A DNA stretch of 64,000 bases from an uncultured delta proteobacterium. GTDB lineage: Bacteria > Desulfobacterota > BSN033 > UBA1163. Shown piece by piece: positions 9,168-19,239 of the stretch; within the stretch, counting starts at the first letter, position 1, and every line of letters begins with the position of its first letter. A program made the translations under genes and the position numbers. The notes under the pieces are model-generated. The model had not been told where the DNA came from and ran no database searches. It saw only the letters and a list, made by a program, of their open reading frames with translations. The stretch is from contig CAWHBU010000003.1 in the NCBI GenBank assembly GCA_963827685.1, positions 1,120,001-1,184,000 of the forward strand. Reading direction: 5' to 3'.

Positions 9168-9393
9168 GTAATGCCTCACTCTCCCGTGCAAAATTGACGA
9201 CATCCGGCAAGGATGCCGTAGAAAATATTATGGCGGCAACCTCAGCTTGTAGGCCAGCTAAAAGAATTCCAGGACAGTATGGAGAACCGATTATGCTCCT
9301 GAATGTTACCCCATCAAACGTCCGCCTTATAAGATTTTCGGAGGCATTCTTGCCGGATTGTGGGATCTCACCCACGCTTCAGTGAGGCATTAC
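9168..9393. mobile_element. 226-bp MITE-like element
   Basis: 13-bp TIR GTAATGCCTCACT/AGTGAGGCATTAC; 8-bp direct repeat AAGTCTTC at 9160-9167 and 9394-9401. Confidence 0.85.
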
Positions 9394-9463
9394 AAGTCTT
9401 CTATTGCCATTGGAACAATTCACGAGTTATATTAATCGTGCGAAAAGGAAGGAGTAATCTTTC

Positions 9464-9820
9464 GTGACAGAAAATAACGTTAGAGTTTTTCTGTTCTTAA
9501 TTGTTATGATTGTCGCTTTCGCCGGGGTTTTGTATATTCGTGCTTTCTTAACCAGGAGAGCTATTTTCAAAGTAATAGAGATTTTTTATCAACACAATGC
9601 TCTGGGAATGAATGGCGCCAAGACACTGCATGAGCTTGGACTTGAGCGCCCAGATTTCTTCCAAAGGATAACGAGACCACGCGACTATAAGCAATATGCC
9701 CTTCAAATTCTCATAAAAAGAGAGATTATCCTTGTGAATGAGGATGGAAGGTTGTACATGGTTGAAGAAAGGCTCGATCAAGACTTGAGAAACAAAAGGA
9801 GCGATCTGTTTTCACATTGA
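9464..9820 (+). CDS. Hypothetical membrane-anchored protein
   Basis: AGGAG RBS, N-terminal hydrophobic helix. Confidence 0.7.
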   Translation: MTENNVRVFLFLIVMIVAFAGVLYIRAFLTRRAIFKVIEIFYQHNALGMNGAKTLHELGLERPDFFQRITRPRDYKQYALQILIKREIILVNEDGRLYMVEERLDQDLRNKRSDLFSH

Positions 9821-9897
9821 AATCAGATGTCAAAATCCCTGTCTACCCTGCACACCGCAGGCAGGTGCAGGGTCGGATTTGGTTACTGGAAATTGAT

Positions 9898-10272
9898 TTA
9901 TTCCTTGATTGCCTGAATTCTTCTGAGAGTGCACTCCCGTCCCTTTTCCACTTTAATTTGGAACGAACTACATTTCGGACAGGAGTAAGGGATGACATGC
10001 CGGAAAGGATCTTGCCGATCAAGGCGAATTCCCCCCTTGTATCCACAGGATTCGCATTGGACGCGAGCCTTGACCGTTTTTACCTTAACCTCCGCTCCCT
10101 CAGCCACTGATCCTTTGAATAATTCATGAATCCAAAAAGTGACCTGTTCGACATTGACGAGGGTCAATTCGCCAATCTCTAATTGAATAGAGAGAACCTT
10201 TTTCCCATTATTTTTTTTTGCCGTTTCGAGAACGTTTCGTACGATTTCGGAGGATATGGAGAATTCGTGCAT
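9898..10272 (-). CDS. hypA: Hydrogenase nickel metallochaperone HypA
   Basis: N-terminal MHE, two CxxC motifs. Confidence 0.92.
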   Translation of the reverse strand: MHEFSISSEIVRNVLETAKKNNGKKVLSIQLEIGELTLVNVEQVTFWIHELFKGSVAEGAEVKVKTVKARVQCESCGYKGGIRLDRQDPFRHVIPYSCPKCSSFQIKVEKGRECTLRRIQAIKE

Positions 10273-10274
10273 GG

Positions 10275-10949
10275 TTAAGTTTTCAATCCCAGAGCATCAA
10301 TGACTCTCGGTATCCCAATTCCTTTGACCGCATTGGTCTTTATAAAGGGAGCTTGGGGATTGATCTTTTTGGCGTCTCCTTCCATTTGGGAAGGATTCAC
10401 CTTCATCACTTCAGCCAAATCAATTTTATTGAGAACGATCACATCCGCTTCTCTGAAGATATAGGGATGTTTTAAGATGGTATAGGGTCCTTCGGTCACG
10501 GACGTAATAACCAGCCTCTTATGGGCACCTAACGGGAATTCCCCCGGACAGATGAGGTTCCCCACATTCTCGATGAAGAGGATTTTGACACCATCCAGTT
10601 TCATCCTTTTCACTGCCTGTTGAATCAGGTGGGCATCCAGATGACATTCCTTTCCAGTGTTGACCTGGATCACACGAGCTCCCTCCGCCTCGATTCTTTC
10701 TGCATCAATCGTCGTAGTGAGGTCTCCTGCGATGACAGCCGCTTTCTTACCCATCCCAAGTCCTTTTAAGATCGCCTTGATCAAAGAAGTCTTCCCTGAT
10801 CCGATCGAACCCATAATATCAATAGCCAATATATTCGAACCATCAAACTTCTTCCTGTTTTCTTTAGCCAAACTCTTGTTTTTGGCCAGAAGGTCTTTCT
10901 CCAATTCAATATCGAATATCTCAGGTCCCCTCGATTTTATGATCTTCAT
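10275..10949 (-). CDS. hypB: Hydrogenase nickel incorporation GTPase HypB
   Basis: GSGKT, TGKECHLDA, ENVGNLICP, NKID. Confidence 0.93.
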   Translation of the reverse strand: MKIIKSRGPEIFDIELEKDLLAKNKSLAKENRKKFDGSNILAIDIMGSIGSGKTSLIKAILKGLGMGKKAAVIAGDLTTTIDAERIEAEGARVIQVNTGKECHLDAHLIQQAVKRMKLDGVKILFIENVGNLICPGEFPLGAHKRLVITSVTEGPYTILKHPYIFREADVIVLNKIDLAEVMKVNPSQMEGDAKKINPQAPFIKTNAVKGIGIPRVIDALGLKT

Positions 10950-11201
10950 CTCCAAATCTCCTTTGATTTTACTTATCAATAAATATGAAAAATTATAACG
11001 GAATTCAATTTGAAAAGAAAGTTTAGGTTGTAATCGCAATACACGTTTTCATATCTGTGACCCGAATCGCGGCGGCAAGGTATCCTTAACAGAGGTAGAG
11101 GCTTTGAACCAACATAAAATTGTAATAATTAGTAGCAATTTAGATAAATTTGGAAACAAAAGGCAAAGAAATTATAAGTATAAATTAATTCTATTTTCCA
11201 C

Positions 11202-11235
11202 TTGACAAAAAAATCTTTTGTGGTATCTTTCACAA
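11202..11235 (+). promoter_or_regulatory. fdn promoter with an overlapping Rex-like operator
   Basis: TTGACA (11202)-16 bp-TATCTT; TTGTGGTATCTTTCACAA (11218-11235) resembles the Rex box TTGTGAA-N4-TTCACAA. Confidence 0.6.
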
Positions 11236-11367
11236 AACTTCAATCCTATCTAATCCTTATAGTCTTCAAGACATGGGGGTCCTCAAAAAAATAAGTTTAA
11301 ATAATTTCGAAAGCGTAGAATTAAACCTCCATTAAAAAAATTCTAAGAAAGGGGGGAAAGAATCCTC

Positions 11368-14300
11368 ATGAAAATTACCAGAAGGACTTTTCTAAAGATT
11401 TCGGGCGCCACAGCCGCAGGAACGGTGATGGGCGGGTTGGGATTTGATCTCTCTCCGGCTGAGGTCTATGCCCAAGAACTCCGAACTAAGGGAGCTAAGG
11501 AAACCACTACGGTCTGCTGCTACTGTTCGGTCGGCTGCGGAATTATCGTCAGCACTGATGCCAAAGGAAAAGTGATCAATTCTGAAGGAGATCCAGATCA
11601 TCCCATCAATGAAGGGGCTCTCTGCGCTAAAGGAGCCTCCCTCTATCAGATTGCCGTTAATGATAACAGGTTGAAAAGGGTCCGCTATCGAGCACCCTAT
11701 AGCAATACCTGGAAAGAGGTTAGTTGGGAATGGGCCTCGGATAAGATCGCGGCAAACGTCAAAAAGAGCCGGGATGCGAGCTTCATGGAGAAGAATGCTA
11801 AAGGCCAGGTGGTCAACCGAACCAATGGTATCGCTTCGGTTGGAAGTGCAGCGATGGATAATGAGGAATGTTGGCTCTATCAGAAATTCTTGAGATCCTT
11901 AGGTATCGTCTATCTCGAACATCAGGCCCGTATCTGACACAGCGCCACTGTAGCGGCTCTGGGAGAGTCGTTCGGACGCGGTGCCATGACCAATCACTAT
12001 ATCGATTTTCGAAATGCCGATGTGATTCTAAACATGGGTGGCAATGTTGCCGAAAACCACCCTGTCTCCTTTAAATGGGTCCAGGCCGCTAAGGACAGGG
12101 GCGCCATCTTCATCCATGTGGATCCAAGGTTTACCAGAACTTCAACCAAGGCTGATATCTTTGTGCGGCTCCGTTCTGGAACAGATATCGCCTTCCTTGG
12201 CGGGATGATTAAATACATCCTGGATAATAATCTCTATGATGAATTTTATGTTAAAAATTATACGAATGCTCCTTATATTGTGAGTCCCAGGTATGGTTTT
12301 GATGACGGTCTTTTTTCAGGCTATGATCCAAACAAAAGGGCCTACGATGCTTCGACCTGGGCTCTTGAAAAGGATGAACAGGGGATTCCAAAAGGAGATA
12401 TGACTCTGCAAAACCCCCGGTGTGTCTTCCAACTTATGAAGAAACATTATTCCCGTTATACGCTGGAGAAGGTTTCTCAGATCACCGGAACCCCCACAGA
12501 CGACTTGGAAAAGGTTTATAAAACTTATGGTTCAACCGGGGCCCCAGATAAAGCTGGGACAGAACTGTATGCCATGGGCTGGACCCAGCATACAGTAGGC
12601 GTCCAGAATATCCGTGCCATGTGTATGATCCAGTTACTTCTCGGGAACATGGGGATTGCCGGTGGCGGGGTGAATGCCCTTCGAGGAGAGTCGAATGTCC
12701 AGGGTTCAACCGACCAAGCTTTGTTGTTCCACATCATTCCTGGATATCTACCAGCGCCTCGGGCTCAATGGGAAACTCTTGCGGATTATAACAAGACTAC
12801 CCCGGCTTCCAAAGATCCACGGAGCCTGAACTGGTGGAAGAACCGCCCCAAGTATGTGGCCAGCCTATTAAAATCGATGTACGGGGACAACGCCACTAAG
12901 GAAAGGGATTTCGGATATGCATGGATGCCTAAATTGGACCCTACGCAGGATGCTTCTTGGCTAAATCTCTTTGACGAGATGTATAAGGGAAGCTTCACTG
13001 GATTTTTTGCCTGGGGCATGAATCCTGCCTGTTCGGGTGCGAATGCTGGTAAAGTTCGTCAAGCCATGACCAAGCTGGATTGGTTGGTCAATGTCAATGT
13101 CTTTGACAGCGAAACGGGTTCGTTCTGGATGGGACCAGGCATGGATCCCAAGAAGATCAAGACGGAGGTGTTCTTACTTCCCTGCGCTGCTTCTATGGAA
13201 AAGGAAGGCAGCATCAGCAACAGTGGCCGCTGGATGCAGTGGCGTTATAAAGCAGCAAATCCACCTGGAGAGGCCAAACCCGATGGAGATATCATGTACG
13301 AGTTGTTTAAAAAGGTTTCGGCGCTCTACGGAAAAGGAAAAGGGGTATTTCCAGAACCGATCTTGAATTTGAAGTGGGACTATGAGACCAACGGTCATTT
13401 CGATATTCACAAGGTGGCAAAAGAGATTAATGGTTATTTCCTCGAAGATATACCTGAACATCCGGTAGACAAGAAAGCATACAAAAAGGGAACTTTGGTC
13501 CCAAGCTTTGTTTACCTGCTCGACGATGGCCGGACCTCCAGCGGCAACTGGCTCTATTCGGCCAGCTATACCGAGGCTGGAAACATGGCTGCTCGGAGAA
13601 AGAAGACTGACCCAACTGGGTTAGGTTTATATCCAGAGTGGTCATGGTGTTGGCCAGTCAATCGACGAATTATTTACAACCGCGCTTCTGTTGACCTGAA
13701 TGGGAATCCACGCGATCCGAAACGGGCTTTGCTTAAATGGGATTCAACGGGGAAGAAATGGATGGGTGATATTCCAGACGGACCGCAACCCCCCATGGGC
13801 ACCAATGGGATCTATCCCTTTATCATGAAACCCGATGGGTTAGCCTCCCTCTTTGGACCCGGGTTAAAAGATGGACCATTCCCCGAACATTATGAGCCTC
13901 TGGAATGTCCGATCGAGAAAAACTTGATGTCTGGTCAGAGGATTAACCCTGTTATTAAGATCTTCGAGGGAGGCCCGGATACTTTTACGACCTGCGATCC
14001 GAGGTATCCATTTGTCTGCAGCACCTACCGGGTGACCGAACACTGGCAGACCGGAGTTCTGACCCGATGGTTACCCTGGCTTATTGAGGCCGAACCTCAA
14101 ATTTTTTGTGAGATGAGTTTGGAATTGGCCAAACTGAGAGGGATCACGAATGGTGATAAAGTGATCGTGGAGACTCCCCGGGGCAAAGTATGGGCTGTGG
14201 CCATCGTCACTTCTCGTCTTAAGCCCTTCAATATTGCCGGCAATACCGTTCATCAGATTGGGCTGCCGTGGCATTTCGGCTGGATCCATCCCAAGGATGG

Positions 14301-14421
14301 CGGGGATAGTGCAAACTTGTTGACCCCAACAATCGGAGATCCAAATACCATGATTCCGGAATCCAAGGCCTTTATGGCCAATGTCCGCAAACTAACCAAA
14401 ACACCGGCCCAAAAAGGCTGA
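11368..14421 (+). CDS. fdnG: Formate dehydrogenase alpha subunit, selenocysteine-containing (UGA at 11935-11937)
   Basis: Tat signal TRRTFLK, CxxCxxxC, EHQARI-U-HSATVAAL in frame with the downstream ORF; hairpin after the UGA. Confidence 0.95.
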
Positions 14422-14435
14422 GGGAGGTGAGATAA

Positions 14436-15170
14436 ATGACAGAAGGAAAATCTTTCTTCATCGATACAACCAAATGTACCGCTTGCAGAGGCTGCCAGAT
14501 GTCTTGTAAGCAATGGAATCAACGGGCAACAGAAAAAACGATTAACCGGGGAAGTCATCAGAATCCGCCGGATCTATCCTATAACACATGGAAATTGGTT
14601 CGATTCAGCGAGATCCCCGGGGATAAGGTGGCCTGGTATTTCTTCCCAGATCAATGTCGTCATTGTATGTCTCCTCCTTGTAAAGAGGTCGCAGATGGAA
14701 AAGCCAAAGGCGCCATTACACAGGATGAGAAGACAGGGGCAGTAGTCTTTAATCCAAAAGTAAAGATGAAACCAGCTGATTTTAAGGAAATTCGTGAGGC
14801 TTGCCCTTATGATATTCCAAGATTCCTCCCCGGTACAGGAGTGATGGCGAAATGCACGATGTGTTTCGACCGCACCAAAGAGGGGATGCTGCCCGCTTGT
14901 GTCAAGACCTGCCCGACCGGAGCAATGAACTTTGGAGATAGGAAGGACATTCTCGAGAAGGCAAATAAGAGATTGGAAGTGGTGAAAAAACTTTATAAAG
15001 ATGCCATGCTCGCCAATCCTGATGACGTTCGGATAATCTATCTTCTTGTAGATGACCCCAAGAAGTATCACAAATTTGCAGTCGCAGAAAATACGATCGG
15101 GATCACAAGAAAGATGGCGCTCAGACGCCTCTTTCAACCTCTGAGCGATCTTCGACACATAATCGGATAA
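14436..15170 (+). CDS. fdnH: Formate dehydrogenase Fe-S beta subunit
   Basis: CTACRGCQMSC, CRHCMSPPC, KCTMC...PACVKTCP. Confidence 0.85.
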   Translation: MTEGKSFFIDTTKCTACRGCQMSCKQWNQRATEKTINRGSHQNPPDLSYNTWKLVRFSEIPGDKVAWYFFPDQCRHCMSPPCKEVADGKAKGAITQDEKTGAVVFNPKVKMKPADFKEIREACPYDIPRFLPGTGVMAKCTMCFDRTKEGMLPACVKTCPTGAMNFGDRKDILEKANKRLEVVKKLYKDAMLANPDDVRIIYLLVDDPKKYHKFAVAENTIGITRKMALRRLFQPLSDLRHIIG

Positions 15171-15198
15171 AACGTTATCAAAGGGGGGTTATAGATCA

Positions 15199-15241
15199 GG
15201 GCTTGTTTGGGATGAGAGTCCCGAAACAAGCCCATTTTTTT
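15199..15241 (+). terminator. Rho-independent terminator
   Basis: GGGCTTGTTT-GGGA...TCCC-GAAACAAGCCC followed by a T run. Confidence 0.75.
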
Positions 15242-15376
15242 CACATAAACAGATTGCCTTGCTTCGCTCGCAATGACATTTTAACTATTGGGCTCACCTT
15301 CGGTCATTGCGAGGAGCCCTGTTGCCGCAGGGCGACGAAGCAATCTCAAAAATGTCTTTTAGCAAAGGAGATCTGA

Positions 15377-16228
15377 TTGGAAAACCTGAGAGAAAGGATC
15401 GAACGACTCAAAAAGAAAAGACCTGGCTATGGAGAAATCTTGGATTTCTACCAAAAGGTCAAAGAGGCACAAGATGAAGTGAAAGCCTCTTTAGAAATTG
15501 ATCCCATACATCTTAAGAAGGAATGGAAAGAACTCTTGGCTAAAGAGGGCTTCTCATTGATTCAAAGAGAAGATTTTCCGTTGGACATCGAGGTATCCGC
15601 GAAACTTTTCCAAAACCTCTGTCAGATCGGAAAAGAGGCAAATCCTCATATGGCTGAACAGGTGAAGAAGATCAAAGAAGCTATCGACGACAAAAGAATA
15701 GACTTAAAGAAATTATTGAAGAAGGGGGCAAAAGAGGAGTGGATTGAACAGATGGCTGATGAATTGGGATTGGATAAGAAGGTCTTTTTATTCTTAATTC
15801 AGAGTACCACCAAGCCTTCGATTGAAGCAGGAATGGAAAAACTTCGCAGTGAGATCGATCCTGAAACCTGGCTTAAAGGATATTGTCCTATTTGTGGCTC
15901 CCTTCCTTCCTTAAGTCTATTGAAAGAGGAAGTAGGCAAGCGGTATCTTCTCTGTTCCTATTGTGGTTATCAGTGGAGAATTGATCGAATATTTTGTCCT
16001 TTCTGCAATAACAAAGATCAGGAAACTCTCCACTATCTTTTTGCAGAGGGAGAAGAAGCATATCGCATCGACCTCTGTGAAGAATGTCATCAGTATATCA
16101 AAACGATTGATTACAGAAATCTTGAAGAATCAGATCCAGTTTTAGAGGATCTCGCCACACTTCATCTCGATATTTTGGCCACACAAAAGGGCTATAAGAG
16201 ACCCGTCCCGAACCCCTGGACCACCTAA
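15377..16228 (+). CDS. fdhE: Formate dehydrogenase accessory protein FdhE
   Basis: Four CxxC motifs (CPICG, CSYC, CPFC, CEEC), DLATLHLD. Confidence 0.9.
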   Translation: MENLRERIERLKKKRPGYGEILDFYQKVKEAQDEVKASLEIDPIHLKKEWKELLAKEGFSLIQREDFPLDIEVSAKLFQNLCQIGKEANPHMAEQVKKIKEAIDDKRIDLKKLLKKGAKEEWIEQMADELGLDKKVFLFLIQSTTKPSIEAGMEKLRSEIDPETWLKGYCPICGSLPSLSLLKEEVGKRYLLCSYCGYQWRIDRIFCPFCNNKDQETLHYLFAEGEEAYRIDLCEECHQYIKTIDYRNLEESDPVLEDLATLHLDILATQKGYKRPVPNPWTT

Positions 16229-16333
16229 CAGCAATCATCGCTGTGCGCAGAGCGCTGAGCGCTCAGCGTTCTATTGCCCCTTGTTTTCGAAGAATGAATG
16301 GGGTATAAATATTTTTATTTAGAGGTGAATAGT

Positions 16334-17467
16334 ATGAAGGGAAAATGGTTTCTGATAGGCGTTTTGGTTCTGGGATGTTTCTTGTTCTTCAATGCATTTC
16401 CGTCCCGTGCCCAAAAATCGCCCAAGACTCTAACGCTCCTCTACAGCAATAATATTAATGGCGAGATCGACCCTTGCCCGACCTGAGGAGAAAAGAGTCG
16501 AGCTGGCGGTCTGGCCAGAAGAGGAGCCTGGGTCAAGGATTTACGGGAGAGCGAAAAGGGGATACTCGTTTTGGATTCGGGCGATCTCCTTTTCAAAAGG
16601 TTTTCTAATCCCGTTCCTGAAAATGAGTTAAAGGGGATGAGCGAGAAAGCGAATCTCATCATCGAGAGTTTCAATCTAATGGGCTGCGATGCCATAGGAA
16701 TTGGGGATGATGATTTGACCCTGGGGAAGGAGTTTCTATTAGAAATTTCAAAGAAGGCCAACTTCCCATTTCTTTCTTCCAATCTCCTGGATGAGGCATC
16801 AGGAAAAACTCTTCTCCAATCTTCTGTAATAAGGGAAGTCAAAGGTCTCCGAATTGGAATTTTTAGCCTTCTCTCGCCCGATTTCTTTACAAGTCCTTCC
16901 GATCCCCGGAGAAGGGGATTGAACATTCGGCCACCGATCGAAACAGCACAGGCCATGGTTAAAGAACTTAAACCCAAAACCGATTTGATCATCCTCCTGA
17001 GCCATCTGGGTTATGGGAAAGATGTCGAGTTGGCTCGGACTTTACAAGGAATCAATATTGTCGTGGGTAGCCATACTGGGATCAATGTCACCTATCCTCC
17101 ACCCTCAAACACAATTATCGTTCAGACCGGTTCTCGAGGAATGTTTGGAGGAAGACTTGACCTCCTCTTTAGTAACCGTGAACCTATCTTTTACAATTCG
17201 GCAAAGAAGATATCTTTGGAGAACTCCCTCAACCATATCAACCAACGATTAACCTCTAAGGAAACTCCAGAGGCTGAGAAGGCTCGATTGCAAAGAGCCA
17301 AAGAGGAGACCGAACGAGCCCTTAACCAACTGCGGGGTAAAAACCAATTTACGAATCACATCATTTCACTACAAGACCAAATGAAAGAGGATCCTGATAT
17401 TAAAAAGTTGGTTGAAGCTTATAAGGCAAGAACGCAAACCACAGAAAATCCTGTCTCTCTGAAATGA
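16334..17467 (+). CDS. Secreted UshA/5'-nucleotidase-like selenoprotein (UGA at 16484-16486, CxxU)
   Basis: Signal peptide; NGEIDPCPT-U-GEKSRAGGLARR reads in frame into DSGD...LSHLG...GSHTG; CTGGC-GGTCTG-GCCAG hairpin downstream. Confidence 0.8.
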
Positions 17468-19239
17468 CGAAGATGGCAAGTATCGATCTAATCCTTTTGC
17501 ATCCCCCTACCCTTTACGACTTCAGAAAGCGGCCCGGGATCCATGGTCCGATCAGCGATGTCGTCCCCTCCACGCCCATCTTCGAAATGTATCCCATCGG
17601 GTTTACCAGCCTCTCAGAATATCTGGAGCGCCACGGTCTCAAGGTGAGGATCATCAATGTGGCGATGAAGATGCTTAAGGATGAACAATTTGACGTGGAG
17701 CGGCTCATCCGGAAAAATAAGCCCGTGGCCTTCGGGATCGATCTCCATTGGATGGCCCATGTCCAGGGGGCATTGGCTCTCGCAGAGATCATCAAACGGT
17801 TTCATCCCGACATCCCTGTCATCTTAGGCGGGCTTTCTGCCACTTACTATCACGAAGAGATTCTCCGTCAATATCCTTTTATCGATTTTGTGATGAGAGG
17901 AGATTCCACAGAGAAGCCGCTGCTTCAACTCCTCCAAGCGATCAAAAAAGAGGGGGATTTCAAGAATGTTCCTAACCTCACCTATAGAGATGGGAGGAAT
18001 GGAATTCAGGCCAATCCCCTCACCCATGTGCCGGAGAACCTTGACGAGATTACGATCGACTACCGTCACATCATGAAGAAGGTGGTGAGGTATGTTGACC
18101 CCACGGGCTACCAGCCTTTTATTGATTGGTATGCCTATCCGGTGACGGCCGTCTTCACGTGCCGGGGGTGCATTTACACTTGTAAAACTTGCGGAGGCTC
18201 CGCACAGACCTTCCGAACGATGGCCAGCCGGAGGAAGCCAGCCTATCGGAATCCCAAATTGTTGGCACAGGATATCTTCAATGTCTCAGATCACCTCCAT
18301 GCCCCGGTGATGATCATCGGCGATATCTTTCAACCCGGAGAAGAATATGGTTTCGCCTTTCTGCGGGAGATCAAGAAGAGGCCGATCACCAACCATATCG
18401 CCTTTGAGTTTTTTGTCCCTCCCTCCAGGGATCAACTGAAAAGGATTGCTGATTCTATTTCGAACTTCAATATCGAAATCTCTCCTGAGTCTCACGATGA
18501 AGAAGTCCGAAGGGCTTTTGGAAGGCCTTACAACAATGAGTCGCTGGAAAGGATGCTCGGGGATGCCATCGATCTCGGCTCAAAACGGATCGATCTCTTC
18601 TTCATGACCGGTCTTCCAAAACAAACTTATCAATCCGTTCTGGAAACGGTGGATTATTGTCGTTCTCTGTTGGAACGATTTCGTTCCCACAACAAACTCT
18701 TCCCCTTCATCTCTCCCCTGGCCCCCTTCCTCGACCCCGGGAGCACGGTCTTTGAAGCACCGGAAAAATATGGATATCGTCTGCTTTGTCGGACAGTGGA
18801 AGAACATCGCCAGGCTTCATTGGCCCCGAGTTGGAAATATATCCTCAACTACGAAACGGAATGGATGAATCGGGACGAGATCGTTTACAGCACCTATGAA
18901 GCCGGGAAGAGGCTCAATCGTCTGAAGGCCGAATTCGGTCTGATCGATCTGAAGACAGCAGAATCGGTGGAGATGCGACTCGAAGGGGCGGTCCGGATGA
19001 TGAAGGAGATCGATCGGATCATGACCATTCCAAACAGCATAGAAAGGGAGGCTGCCTTGAAGTCCCTTTCAGGTGGCCGCCTCGCCCTTCAACAGTATAG
19101 CATGTCTACGATCTGTGAGAAGAAAGAACTGGAATGGCCGACTCGATTCATTCGAATGAATTTCTTCAAGATTCTTAAAACACTCCTGGCGAGGAGGAAG
19201 CCCAATGTCTCCATCCCTTCGTCAACAGGTTCTCCGTAA
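17464..19239 (+). CDS. B12-binding radical SAM protein
   Basis: N-terminal cobalamin-binding region (GIDLHW...GGLSAT) and CIYTCKTC. Confidence 0.87.
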   Translation: MTKMASIDLILLHPPTLYDFRKRPGIHGPISDVVPSTPIFEMYPIGFTSLSEYLERHGLKVRIINVAMKMLKDEQFDVERLIRKNKPVAFGIDLHWMAHVQGALALAEIIKRFHPDIPVILGGLSATYYHEEILRQYPFIDFVMRGDSTEKPLLQLLQAIKKEGDFKNVPNLTYRDGRNGIQANPLTHVPENLDEITIDYRHIMKKVVRYVDPTGYQPFIDWYAYPVTAVFTCRGCIYTCKTCGGSAQTFRTMASRRKPAYRNPKLLAQDIFNVSDHLHAPVMIIGDIFQPGEEYGFAFLREIKKRPITNHIAFEFFVPPSRDQLKRIADSISNFNIEISPESHDEEVRRAFGRPYNNESLERMLGDAIDLGSKRIDLFFMTGLPKQTYQSVLETVDYCRSLLERFRSHNKLFPFISPLAPFLDPGSTVFEAPEKYGYRLLCRTVEEHRQASLAPSWKYILNYETEWMNRDEIVYSTYEAGKRLNRLKAEFGLIDLKTAESVEMRLEGAVRMMKEIDRIMTIPNSIEREAALKSLSGGRLALQQYSMSTICEKKELEWPTRFIRMNFFKILKTLLARRKPNVSIPSSTGSP

